Origin: Escherichia coli
Lineage (GTDB): Bacteria > Pseudomonadota > Gammaproteobacteria > Enterobacterales > Enterobacteriaceae
Length of the DNA stretch: 64,000 nucleotides
Assembly (NCBI RefSeq): GCF_003019035.1
Contig: NZ_CP027447.1
Strand: one strand, 5' to 3'
Shown here: in pieces, positions 54,265 through 63,851 of the stretch
Numbering within the stretch: position 1 is the first letter of the stretch
How the letters are laid out: each line of letters begins with the position of its first letter
Notes under the pieces: model-generated
Told to the model about the DNA's origin: nothing
Databases searched by the model: none
What the model saw: the letters and a program-made list of their open reading frames with translations, nothing else
Position numbers and translations under genes: made by a program

Positions 54265-55050
54265 TTAGCGCACTAAATAACCGCCATCGACCACTAATAA
54301 ATGCCCGTTAACATAATTTGAAGCCGGACTTGCGAGGAATACGGCTGCGCCCATTAAATCCTGAGTATCACCCCAACGGTTTGCCGGTATATGATCAAGA
54401 ACGCGCTGATTGGTTTCTGGATTACTGCGTGTTGCCAGCGTAATATCGGTTGCATAATATCCCGGGGCAATACCATTCACCTGAATATTATATTGACCTA
54501 ATTCATCGCAATAGGCTTTGGTGAATCCAGCAAGAGCATGTTTAGTGGCAGAATAAGCAGGTGACCATTGTCCACCTAAGTAAGAGAACAATGAACAGAT
54601 ATTAATGATTTTACCGCTTTTCTGCGGGATCATAATTTTTGCTGCTTCGTAGCTTAACTCGAATGCGGCGGTCAGGTTCACATCAATCATCGGGTCCCAG
54701 TCGGCACGACCGAAGTCCAGCACCTTATTCAGCTTACAAATACCGGCATTGTTAACCAGAATATCTACGGTACCGAAGCGCTCACAGCAGGCAGCGATAA
54801 TCTTCTGCGGCGCGCCTTCTGCGGTGATATCCACCTGCATAAAATCAACTTCGACACCCTGTTTTTCAATCATTTCCTTTGTTTCGCCGTTATCTTTGAC
54901 GAAGCTAGGGATAAAGACATTTGCGCCAGCTTTGGCCAACGCCATGGCAAATGCCTGGCCTAAACCGCTATTCCCGCCGGTAACAATTGCTGTTTTACCT
55001 TTCAGGGAGAAAAAATCCATTGAGAACGCATTGAGAGATTCGATTGACAT
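54265..55050 (-). CDS. ygcW: Short-chain dehydrogenase/reductase (KduD/gluconate 5-dehydrogenase-like, 261 aa)
   Basis: TGGNSGLG cofactor motif and YxxxK catalytic motif. Confidence 0.9.
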   Translation of the reverse strand: MSIESLNAFSMDFFSLKGKTAIVTGGNSGLGQAFAMALAKAGANVFIPSFVKDNGETKEMIEKQGVEVDFMQVDITAEGAPQKIIAACCERFGTVDILVNNAGICKLNKVLDFGRADWDPMIDVNLTAAFELSYEAAKIMIPQKSGKIINICSLFSYLGGQWSPAYSATKHALAGFTKAYCDELGQYNIQVNGIAPGYYATDITLATRSNPETNQRVLDHIPANRWGDTQDLMGAAVFLASPASNYVNGHLLVVDGGYLVR

Positions 55051-55074
55051 AGTTAGCTCCAATTTCCGTAAGGC

Positions 55075-55120
55075 AAAAAAAAGAAAGGTAACTTCCCCCG
55101 CGAGAGGGAAGTTACCTTTC
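55075..55120 (-). terminator. Strong intrinsic terminator-like hairpin (15-bp perfect stem GAAAGGTAACTTCCC / GGGAAGTTACCTTTC, 8-nt loop) followed by U8 on minus strand, located in the 5' leader ~25 nt upstream of ygcW start; candidate attenuator
   Basis: Inverted repeat 55083-55097 / 55106-55120 and A8 run 55075-55082 on plus strand read directly. Confidence 0.6.
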
Positions 55121-55366
55121 TCATTATCTCTGGTAACTGGATATAATTTTTAGCATAAGGGCATAAGCGCTAATGTGATCGTAATCACAGTGTGATATTC
55201 GTATTATCAAATAATTTTAAAAAGCAGAAGCGTGACTACTCTCACACAACACCACTGCTTTCCATGTTATTTCTTATTGCAATTACTAGAGACCTGAGAA
55301 AAGTAATCCACCTGAAAGGGCGGCTTACTTTTCTCTTTTTTTGTCTATTACAAATGGGAATACGAT

Positions 55367-56644
55367 ATGCAACACAACTCATATCGCCGTTGGATAACCC
55401 TCGCGATAATTAGTTTTAGCGGCGGCGTTAGTTTCGACCTGGCTTATTTACGTTATATTTATCAAATTCCCATGGCGAAATTTATGGGATTCAGCAATAC
55501 CGAGATAGGTTTAATAATGAGTACCTTTGGTATTGCAGCTATTATTCTTTATGCGCCCAGTGGCGTTATTGCCGATAAATTCTCACATCGCAAAATGATT
55601 ACTTCCGCGATGATCATTACCGGATTACTGGGTCTGTTAATGGCAACTTATCCACCGCTGTGGGTAATGCTCTGTATTCAGGTTGCCTTTGCGATAACGA
55701 CGATTTTAATGCTGTGGTCGGTGTCGATTAAAGCCGCATCGTTGCTGGGCGATCATAGCGAGCAAGGGAAAATTATGGGCTGGATGGAAGGGCTGCGCGG
55801 CGTCGGTGTAATGTCGCTGGCGGTGTTTACCATGTGGGTCTTTTCTCGCTTTGCACCGGATGACAGCGCCAGCCTGAAAACGGTCATTATCATCTACAGT
55901 GTGGTCTACATTTTATTGGGGATTCTGTGCTGGTTTTTTGTTAGCGATAACAACAACCTGCGCAATACCAATAACAAAGAAAAACAGTCATTCCAGCTTA
56001 GCGACATCCTGGCCGTTTTGCGCATCAGCACCACCTGGTATTGCAGCATGGTGATTTTTGGTGTCTTCACCATCTACGCCATTCTGAGTTACTCCACCAA
56101 CTATCTCACCGAAATGTACGGCATGTCGCTGGTGGCGGCGAGCTACATGGGGATTGTGATCAACAAAATATTCCGCGCGCTGTGTGGTCCACTTGGCGGC
56201 ATTATCACCACCTACAGTAAAGTGAAATCCCCTACCCGCGTGATCCAAATCCTTTCCGTACTCGGCTTGCTGGCGTTAACTGCCCTGCTCGTCACGAACT
56301 CTAACCCGCAATCGGTCGCGATGGGGATTGGCCTGATTTTACTGCTGGGATTCACCTGTTACGCCTCACGCGGGCTGTACTGGGCCTGCCCTGGCGAAGC
56401 GAGAACACCGTCTTACATTATGGGCACCACGGTAGGTATTTGTTCGGTGATTGGATTCCTGCCGGATGTCTTCGTTTACCCGATTATCGGCTACTGGCAA
56501 GACACCCTGCCCGCTGCAGAAGCCTACCGCAATATGTGGCTGATGGGCATGGCGGCGCTTGCCATGGTGATCGTCTTTACCTTTTTGCTGTTCCAAAAAA
56601 TTCGTACTGCTGATAGCGCCCCTGCTATGGCTAGCAGCAAGTAA
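55367..56644 (+). CDS. yqcE: MFS transporter (425 aa)
   Basis: Hydrophobic 12-TM ORF. Confidence 0.85.
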   Translation: MQHNSYRRWITLAIISFSGGVSFDLAYLRYIYQIPMAKFMGFSNTEIGLIMSTFGIAAIILYAPSGVIADKFSHRKMITSAMIITGLLGLLMATYPPLWVMLCIQVAFAITTILMLWSVSIKAASLLGDHSEQGKIMGWMEGLRGVGVMSLAVFTMWVFSRFAPDDSASLKTVIIIYSVVYILLGILCWFFVSDNNNLRNTNNKEKQSFQLSDILAVLRISTTWYCSMVIFGVFTIYAILSYSTNYLTEMYGMSLVAASYMGIVINKIFRALCGPLGGIITTYSKVKSPTRVIQILSVLGLLALTALLVTNSNPQSVAMGIGLILLLGFTCYASRGLYWACPGEARTPSYIMGTTVGICSVIGFLPDVFVYPIIGYWQDTLPAAEAYRNMWLMGMAALAMVIVFTFLLFQKIRTADSAPAMASSK

Positions 56645-56670
56645 GTCCAGAAAATTACAGGAGAAAAATC

Positions 56671-58149
56671 ATGTCGAAAAAATACATCATAGGGATTGAT
56701 GGCGGAAGTCAGAGCACAAAAGTGGTGATGTATGATCTGGAAGGTAATGTGGTTTGCGAAGGCAAAGGCTTATTGCAGCCGATGCACACGCCAGATGCCG
56801 ATACCGCAGAACATCCTGACGACGATTTATGGGCATCATTATGTTTTGCCGGTCACGATTTGATGAGTCAGTTTGCCGGAAATAAAGAAGATATTGTCGG
56901 CATTGGTCTGGGATCCATCCGTTGCTGCCGTGCGTTATTGAAAGCCGATGGCACACCAGCTGCGCCGTTGATTAGCTGGCAGGATGCACGCGTTACACGC
57001 CCTTACGAACATACGAATCCTGACGTGGCATATGTCACCTCTTTTTCGGGTTATCTGACGCATCGCTTAACCGGCGAGTTTAAAGACAATATCGCCAACT
57101 ATTTTGGTCAGTGGCCGGTGGATTATAAGACCTGGGCATGGAGCGAAGATACCGCGGTAATGGAGAAGTTTAATATTCCCCGACAGATGCTTTTTGATGT
57201 GCAAATGCCGGGCACTGTTCTTGGGCATATCACTCGTCAAGCCGCGCTGGCGACACATTTCCCGGCTGGGCTGCCGGTTGTTTGTACCACCAGTGATAAA
57301 CCGGTAGAAGCTCTGGGAGCCGGATTACTGGATGATGAAACGGCGGTGATTTCTCTTGGCACCTACATCGCGCTGATGATGAACGGTAAAGCACTGCCGA
57401 AAGATCCGGTAGCGTACTGGCCGATTATGTCTTCTATTCCGCAAACCTTGCTGTATGAAGGTTACGGTATCCGCAAAGGCATGTGGACGGTGAGCTGGCT
57501 ACGCGACATGCTAGGCGAGTCGTTAATTCAGGATGCCAAAGCACAGGATCTTTCACCGGAAGATTTGCTCAACAAAAAAGCGTCTTGTGTGCCGCCTGGC
57601 TGTAATGGTCTGATGACGGTGCTGGACTGGCTGACCAATCCGTGGGAACCATACAAACGCGGGATTATGATCGGCTTTGATTCCAGCATGGATTACGCAT
57701 GGATATATCGTTCGATACTGGAAAGCGTGGCGCTGACGCTGAAGAACAATTACGACAATATGTGTAATGAAATGAATCACTTTGCAAAGCATGTGATCAT
57801 TACTGGCGGCGGTTCGAACAGCGATCTGTTTATGCAGATTTTTGCCGACGTGTTCAACCTTCCGGCACGCCGTAACGCCATTAATGGTTGTGCAAGTCTG
57901 GGGGCAGCGATCAATACGGCGGTAGGTCTGGGGCTATACCCGGATTACGCAACGGCTGTCGACAAAATGGTTCGCGTGAAAGATATCTTTATGCCTGTTG
58001 AGAGCAACGCCAAACGCTACGACGCGATGAATAAAGGCATTTTCAAAGACCTAACCAAACACACTGATGTGATCCTGAAAAAATCGTATGAAGTGATGCA
58101 TGGTGAGCTGGGGAATGAAGATTCGATCCAGAGCTGGTCGAATGCGTAA
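56671..58149 (+). CDS. ygcE: FGGY-family carbohydrate kinase (492 aa)
   Basis: FGGY kinase N-terminal motif IGIDGGSQSTK, 492 aa. Confidence 0.9.
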   Translation: MSKKYIIGIDGGSQSTKVVMYDLEGNVVCEGKGLLQPMHTPDADTAEHPDDDLWASLCFAGHDLMSQFAGNKEDIVGIGLGSIRCCRALLKADGTPAAPLISWQDARVTRPYEHTNPDVAYVTSFSGYLTHRLTGEFKDNIANYFGQWPVDYKTWAWSEDTAVMEKFNIPRQMLFDVQMPGTVLGHITRQAALATHFPAGLPVVCTTSDKPVEALGAGLLDDETAVISLGTYIALMMNGKALPKDPVAYWPIMSSIPQTLLYEGYGIRKGMWTVSWLRDMLGESLIQDAKAQDLSPEDLLNKKASCVPPGCNGLMTVLDWLTNPWEPYKRGIMIGFDSSMDYAWIYRSILESVALTLKNNYDNMCNEMNHFAKHVIITGGGSNSDLFMQIFADVFNLPARRNAINGCASLGAAINTAVGLGLYPDYATAVDKMVRVKDIFMPVESNAKRYDAMNKGIFKDLTKHTDVILKKSYEVMHGELGNEDSIQSWSNA

Positions 58150-58196
58150 GTGAGGAAGACCGGGCGGGAAACTGCCCGGCCTGAACATACCTGAAT

Positions 58197-58334
58197 GGTT
58201 ATCCCCGCTGACGCGGGGAACATAAGTTCGACAACTTAAAAAATGATAACAAGTCCGGTTTATCCCCGCTGATGCAGGGAACATAATAAAAACTTTAACT
58301 AGTTCGGTTTATCCCTGTTTTTACAAGGAATATT
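58197..58334 (-). CRISPR. Degenerate CRISPR remnant: three decayed repeats (…GGGGAACAT, …GCAGGGAACAT, …CAAGGAATAT) with one 32-bp and one 20-bp spacer
   Basis: Repeat-like units at 58197-58224, 58257-58285, 58306-58334 with accumulating mismatches. Confidence 0.7.
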
Positions 58335-58786
58335 AACTACACTCGATGTCTTTAGAATAAAAGACAATACGAATCGCACTTTATCAATTTTCACTTAAAG
58401 TATGAACTGGATATCTTTATTCATAAGAACTATTCATCAACAGCCTATAGAGGCGGTTATGTAAAACCACTCATTAGCCTCAAAACAAAGACAAATTTCC
58501 AGATTTATTACTTAATCAATGAATAACAAGCTTAAAAAATACACTGTTATTCTAAAGAAAAAATTAACAGGCATTAATTAATATTAAAAAAATAATAGAT
58601 TAAAATTTCTTAACGGTTTAAGGATTATACAAATAACACTTTGATTAAATTTGATTTTTTGTATCGATAATTGTGAACTTATCTGGCATGGAGAACTATT
58701 TTGAACATGAGGTGTTATGTGGATATGTTGCTTATTACAAGTACAGCTAATATAAAAACTTGAGAAAGAGATAACGGGTTATATGG

Positions 58787-59059
58787 TGGTTTATCCCCGC
58801 TGGTGCGGGGAACTCTTGGCATAGGCGCTATAGCGGCGCTCTGTGTCCGGTTTATCCCCGCTGGCACGGGGAACTCGTTGGTGCCGTTGTTGTAACCGTA
58901 GAAACCGACGGTTTATCCCCGCTGACGTGGGGAACTCGCAGGTCAACACGGGCGATAAACCCGGCTGACCGGTTTATCCCCGCTGACGTGGGGAACTCGA
59001 TAAGCAGATTGCAGAACTACAGGCGAAGGACGGTTTATCCCCGCTGACGTGGGGAACTC
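58787..59059 (-). CRISPR. CRISPR array 2 (type I-E repeats, 5 repeats / 4 spacers of 32 bp); repeat variants ending AACTC; leader at high-coordinate end
   Basis: Repeats at 58787, 58848, 58909, 58970, 59031; R1 TGG…GCTGGTGCGGGG, R2 …GCTGGCACGGGG, R3-R5 …GCTGACGTGGGG. Confidence 0.93.
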
Positions 59060-59250
59060 TCTAAACATAACCTATTATTAATTAATGATTTTTTAAGCCA
59101 GTCACAATCTACCAACTTTACAGGATCACACAAACAACACATCCATTATGTTAAAGAACACTTAATCCATTGATTAAAAAAGTAAATATTTAAAATAACT
59201 CTATACCCACTAAAATCTACCAAACTTTACCGCAATAATTTTCACTCCAA
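59060..59250 (-). other. Putative leader of CRISPR array 2 (AT-rich, shares CAATCTACCAACT motif with array 1 leader)
   Basis: Motif at the same distance (~60 nt) from the last repeat in both arrays. Confidence 0.5.
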
Positions 59251-59397
59251 CGAAAAATTAACGCCACAGAATTTGTAGAGAATGATAATGATTAGCCCAG
59301 AATGGGCAAAATGGAGTTTTTTCAGAGGCGACAAAGAATATAAATAAGTGGAAGTCTTTACAGGTTCCACCCATTTATAACGCTTATAAATGTTTAA

Positions 59398-60069
59398 TCA
59401 GGCAATATTCAAATATTTATGTGTCTGCATCGACAAACGCCAGTTGCGCGCTATGCAGGTATCGATACATAAACGCGTAGCATCTTCCTTCTGGCTAATT
59501 GGCTGAAGTGCAATGACTCGCGGTTTATCATCGGTCAGCGTCGCAAGCAATTCATCCAGTGCTTCGATATCACGTACGCGTCCCACTGGATGCTTGATTT
59601 CGTTGGCTCGCTCCAGTGCCTGTGACAACACTTCATAGCCGCCGCGCATATTCAGCTTTGGCGATACGGTAACCCAGGTATTCGGTGTGCAGCGTACTTC
59701 ATGAGTACCACTGGTTTCGATCTGGCAGCTAAAACCGTTCTTTTCGAGCTGGTCAGTCAGTGGCAGCAAATCATGAATGCAAGGCTCACCACCCGTAATC
59801 ACCACATGCCGTGCGGTGTATCCCTGGCGACCAATGACAGCCAGCAAATCTTCACTGCTCGCAGCCCCCCACTTATCACTCTCTTTGGTCTTCGCCAGAA
59901 TGCTGAAAAGGGAAACTTCCCGATCCTCAAGCTTTTCCCAGGTGTGTTTGGTGTCGCACCAGGCACAGCCAACCGGGCATCCCTGTAAACGAATAAAAAT
60001 GGCGGGGACGCCGGTAAAGTAACCCTCACCTTGCAGGGTCTGGAACATCTCGTTAATCGGGTACTGCAT
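59398..60069 (-). CDS. queE: 7-carboxy-7-deazaguanine synthase QueE (radical SAM, 223 aa)
   Basis: Starts MQYPINEMFQTLQGEG, radical SAM Cys motif CPVGCAWCDT. Confidence 0.95.
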   Translation of the reverse strand: MQYPINEMFQTLQGEGYFTGVPAIFIRLQGCPVGCAWCDTKHTWEKLEDREVSLFSILAKTKESDKWGAASSEDLLAVIGRQGYTARHVVITGGEPCIHDLLPLTDQLEKNGFSCQIETSGTHEVRCTPNTWVTVSPKLNMRGGYEVLSQALERANEIKHPVGRVRDIEALDELLATLTDDKPRVIALQPISQKEDATRLCIDTCIARNWRLSMQTHKYLNIA

Positions 60070-60241
60070 AGCATTCTCTGTGAAGTGGATAATTGTTAAT
60101 TATTGCAGATCCTGCCACAACAATCATGTCTTATTAACATTCTGTTACAGGCAGGTTTAAGGCAAAAAGTGGATGAGATCATAAAGAATAAAATGAAGCG
60201 GCGTATTATGTTTTAAGGAATTAATTAAAAGGGACATAGAC

Positions 60242-60844
60242 ATGCTCAGGATATTCATCGTAATTATATTTATTGTCAATTTATCAGGCTGTGGATATAA
60301 CGATATTCAAACCTATGATGAGCAGGTTAACGCCTCCTGGTCTGAGGTATTGAATCAATATCAACGTCGCGCCGATCTTATTCCTAATCTTGTCGCCAGT
60401 ATTAAAGGTTATTCCAGCCATGAACAAGAGGTACTGGAAGCCGTAACATTGGCACGTAGCCAGGCTAATCGCGCCAGTAGCGATCTTCAGCAAGCTCCGG
60501 GAGATGCGCAAAAATTACAAGCCTGGCAACAAGCCCAGGCGCAGGTGTCTCGCACTCTCGGTCAGTTAACGATAATTAGTGAACGTTACCCTGAGTTAAA
60601 AGCTCAGGAACTCTATCAAAACTTAATGGTACAGCTCGAAGGAAGTGAAAATAGAATTGCCGTTGCGCGAGGAAGATATATTAAAGCCATTGAACAATAT
60701 AATGTCACTATCCGCAAATTCCCCGCTGTATTAACCGCAAAGGTCATGGATTACACACCAAAGAAAAATTATTTGCCGGATGATGTCACCGCAGTAAGTA
60801 AAGCCCCAACAATAGATTTTAGCCAGAATGCTAATGCGCATTAA
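60242..60844 (+). CDS. LemA-family lipoprotein (200 aa)
   Basis: Lipobox LSGC, LemA-like helical region; RBS present; AT-rich. Confidence 0.85.
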   Translation: MLRIFIVIIFIVNLSGCGYNDIQTYDEQVNASWSEVLNQYQRRADLIPNLVASIKGYSSHEQEVLEAVTLARSQANRASSDLQQAPGDAQKLQAWQQAQAQVSRTLGQLTIISERYPELKAQELYQNLMVQLEGSENRIAVARGRYIKAIEQYNVTIRKFPAVLTAKVMDYTPKKNYLPDDVTAVSKAPTIDFSQNANAH

Positions 60845-60857
60845 GCGGGGAAGTTCT

Positions 60858-61751
60858 ATGCGAAATTTTATCTTCCTTATGGCTTTCTTCTGTTCATCTG
60901 TGTTTGCCACACAAATTCCAGTACCTGAATCCCCCAAGTATGTGAATGACTTAACCGGCACATTAACAAACAGCGAAGTAAACACCCTGACCAACCAGAT
61001 TAAAGCCCTGACGCAAAAAAACCACGCACAGTTGGTCGTGTTAGTGGTTGATACAACAGGCGATGAAACCATCGAGCAGTACGCAACGCGGGTATTCGAT
61101 AGCTGGAAACCGGGTGATAAAGACCGCGATGATGGCGTTCTACTGTTAGTCGCCTGGCAGGATCATACCGTGCGTATTGAAATCGGTTACGGACTGGAAG
61201 GTATTATTACGGATGCACAGTCCGGGAAAATTATTCGCAACAGTATTATTCCGGCATTTAAAAAAGGCGACCTGGCTGGTGGTTTACAAAAGGGGATCAA
61301 CGATATTGAAAGTCGCCTGACGGGGAATAATTCAGCAACGATAACACCGACCGATCACCCTTTGCCCTTTAGCGGTTGGTGGGCTTTGTTAGTCTGGGCG
61401 ATAATACTGACGTTTATTTCTGCCAGAGGATATATCAAAACGCTGGGACTGATTTGCTTCGCAGCTATTGTACTGGCCTTTGTTTTACCTATAGCAGGTT
61501 TCAGCGGAAGCTGGGGAGTGCTCGCAACATTACTCTGCTTCGCCACACCGTTCCTGGCTGTCGCCATCGCTTTTACTCCCTTCGGCAAAAAGGTTCGGGA
61601 TTCGATGCGTAATACCAACCAGCCATCACGCCATACAAGAAGTAATTCTTCCTCCCACTATTCGTCATCGTCATCCTCTTCATTCGACAATGACAATTTC
61701 CGCGGTGGTGGCGGTTCATCTGGTGGCGGTGGCGCTTCCGGACGCTGGTAA
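60858..61751 (+). CDS. TPM-domain (YgcG-like) membrane protein paralog 1 with Gly-rich C-terminal tail ...[16 protein letters not shown]
   Basis: Signal peptide, TPM domain, TM segment, Gly-rich tail; start at MRNFIFL. Confidence 0.8.
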   Translation: MRNFIFLMAFFCSSVFATQIPVPESPKYVNDLTGTLTNSEVNTLTNQIKALTQKNHAQLVVLVVDTTGDETIEQYATRVFDSWKPGDKDRDDGVLLLVAWQDHTVRIEIGYGLEGIITDAQSGKIIRNSIIPAFKKGDLAGGLQKGINDIESRLTGNNSATITPTDHPLPFSGWWALLVWAIILTFISARGYIKTLGLICFAAIVLAFVLPIAGFSGSWGVLATLLCFATPFLAVAIAFTPFGKKVRDSMRNTNQPSRHTRSNSSSHYSSSSSSSFDNDNFRGGGGSSGGGGASGRW

Positions 61752-61765
61752 CAAAAGGAATTGAT

Positions 61766-62914
61766 ATGCGTATTTTTCTCTTACTTCTGATGCTATGCGG
61801 TTTTCAGGTATTCGCTGAACAATTGCCTTCAGTAACTGACTTAACCGGGACATTAACGACAGAAGAACAAACTGCTTTAAATCAACAATTACAGACTCTC
61901 GAGCAGCAAAACCACTTCCAGGTGGCCGTGTTGGTTACGCCGACTACAGGGGGCAAAAACATTAAACTTGCAGCCTCGCAGAGATACGGGTTATATCACT
62001 GGAAACCCGTTGGAGAGAAGCGATATGGCGAAGGTATCTTAATTCTCGTCGTATGGCCGGAAGGGCTGGCGTCAATGAAGATTGGACATGGACTGGAACA
62101 GATGTTGCCGCCAGAACAAGCTGCGCAAATTGTTCGTTACCATATGCAGCCAGAATTCGAAAAAAGCAATCTCTTTGCTGGATTAACGGGCGGAATTGAA
62201 AGCATCGCACAGTTTACCCATATCAAAGCGAACCTTAGCCCTTTGGATGCTTTAGCCAATCATCTGTTTGCTAATCCACAACGTTCGCTGCCATGTCTTG
62301 CCTGGACACTGCTGATGATCGTTGCCATCGTTGTCCTCTGGCGATTTACCAGCCGTCCTGGGCCTGGCATATGGATGATATCGATGATTACCCCTATGGT
62401 CTGGTTTTTCTTCTTTCAGGATGATGTCATCATTCGGCGGGTGTCGATCGTTTGTTTTAGTTTATTGTTAGCAACAACCTGCTGGCAGCGTCTCGCGGTA
62501 GTTTTTAATATGTGCCGCGCATTTCCTATGATGCTGGCCCCCAAAAATAAAAACACTAAAGTGAAAAAACAAAAGAAGACCCAGCAATTTCCTGAATCAG
62601 GACGAAATTCATTGTTTGTCGTGATGCTGATAATTGTTGTGGGATGGTGCCTGGTGTTCGCCAGTAATAAAGATATTGCATTCATCTCAACAATTATTGG
62701 GTTAATTGATCATTTTATCGGCCCAATAACCATTGCTGGCATCGTTCTGCTGATCATTGTGGCCAAATTTACTGGCAATCTTAAACTGGGGTCAGGAGAA
62801 AAAAGCAACAGGAAAACGGGGAATCGTAATGCTCATTCTCGCTCTTCGTCGAAAAATTCTTTCCGCGGTGGCGGCGGTTCTTCAGGAGGCGGCGGTTCAT
62901 CCGACCGTTGGTGA
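61766..62914 (+). CDS. TPM-domain membrane protein paralog 2 with extended multi-TM C-terminal region and Gly-rich tail ...[15 protein letters not shown]
   Basis: ATG with AAGGAA RBS; TPM N-terminal domain similar to neighbours. Confidence 0.8.
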   Translation: MRIFLLLLMLCGFQVFAEQLPSVTDLTGTLTTEEQTALNQQLQTLEQQNHFQVAVLVTPTTGGKNIKLAASQRYGLYHWKPVGEKRYGEGILILVVWPEGLASMKIGHGLEQMLPPEQAAQIVRYHMQPEFEKSNLFAGLTGGIESIAQFTHIKANLSPLDALANHLFANPQRSLPCLAWTLLMIVAIVVLWRFTSRPGPGIWMISMITPMVWFFFFQDDVIIRRVSIVCFSLLLATTCWQRLAVVFNMCRAFPMMLAPKNKNTKVKKQKKTQQFPESGRNSLFVVMLIIVVGWCLVFASNKDIAFISTIIGLIDHFIGPITIAGIVLLIIVAKFTGNLKLGSGEKSNRKTGNRNAHSRSSSKNSFRGGGGSSGGGGSSDRW

Positions 62915-62919
62915 TCGTT

Positions 62920-63792
62920 ATGCGTATAATCCTTTTTCTACTCACTTTATGGTGCCTTCCTGTGCTTGCCCAGCAAATTGCTGTGCCGGAGCTGCGCCAA
63001 CAGGTGACCGATATTACTGGTACCTTAAGCACGTCTGAACAACAATCACTAACACAACAGCTGCAGGATATTACACAAAAAACACGGGCACAGGTCGCTG
63101 TATTAATAGTGCCATCCACCGGAGACGATTCTATTGAACAATATGCTACAAGAGTTTTTGACAATTGGCGTTTAGGAGATGCCAAACGTAATGATGGGAT
63201 ACTGATCATTGTTGCCTGGTCGGATCGTACTGTCCGCATCCAGGTAGGTTATGGGCTGGAAGAAAAGGTAACCGATGCTCTGGCTGGCAATATCATCCGT
63301 AGCATCATGATACCCGCCTTTAAAAAACAAAAATTAGCTAAGGGATTAGAATTAGCTATAATCGCTTTGAATAACCAACTCACTTCACAACACCAATATT
63401 CGTCTAATCCTTCAGAAAGTGAATCAGCGTCTTCCAGTGATCATTACTACTTTGCTATTTTTTGGGTATTTGCAGTGATGTTCTTCCCTTTCTGGTTTTT
63501 TCATCAAGGCAATAATTTTTGTCGGGCATTTAAAAGCAGTGTTTGTATTTCAACAGTCTATCTTATAGATTTATTCCTGTTCTCCGATCAAACTTTTTCC
63601 ATTGCTGTATTTTCCTTCTTTTTTACTTTCACCACCATTATGGTCTTTACCTGTTTATGTGTACTTCAGAAAAAAGCATCTGGTAGAAGTTATCATTCAG
63701 ACAACAGCGGTTCCGGTGGCGGCTCAAGTGGCGGCGGATTTAGCGGCGGGGGCGGTTCTTCTGGCGGTGGCGGCGCGTCCGGTCGCTGGTAA
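62920..63792 (+). CDS. ygcG: TPM-domain membrane protein (290 aa), likely the YgcG ortholog adjacent to eno
   Basis: 290 aa from ATG 62920, TPM domain, tail [15 protein letters not shown]; position immediately upstream of eno. Confidence 0.75.
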   Translation: MRIILFLLTLWCLPVLAQQIAVPELRQQVTDITGTLSTSEQQSLTQQLQDITQKTRAQVAVLIVPSTGDDSIEQYATRVFDNWRLGDAKRNDGILIIVAWSDRTVRIQVGYGLEEKVTDALAGNIIRSIMIPAFKKQKLAKGLELAIIALNNQLTSQHQYSSNPSESESASSSDHYYFAIFWVFAVMFFPFWFFHQGNNFCRAFKSSVCISTVYLIDLFLFSDQTFSIAVFSFFFTFTTIMVFTCLCVLQKKASGRSYHSDNSGSGGGSSGGGFSGGGGSSGGGGASGRW

Positions 63793-63851
63793 CTCAACCA
63801 TAAAAAATGCCAGCCCGAAGGCTGGCATTTTTAAATCAGATAAAGTCAGAC

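Noticed and set aside
55075-55120. Reading the large hairpin as a plus-strand terminator for a gene upstream
   Set aside because: The upstream plus-strand neighbour (ygcW) is on the minus strand and the run following the stem on the plus strand is not U-rich, whereas the minus strand has a clean U8; the minus-strand leader-terminator reading is preferred.
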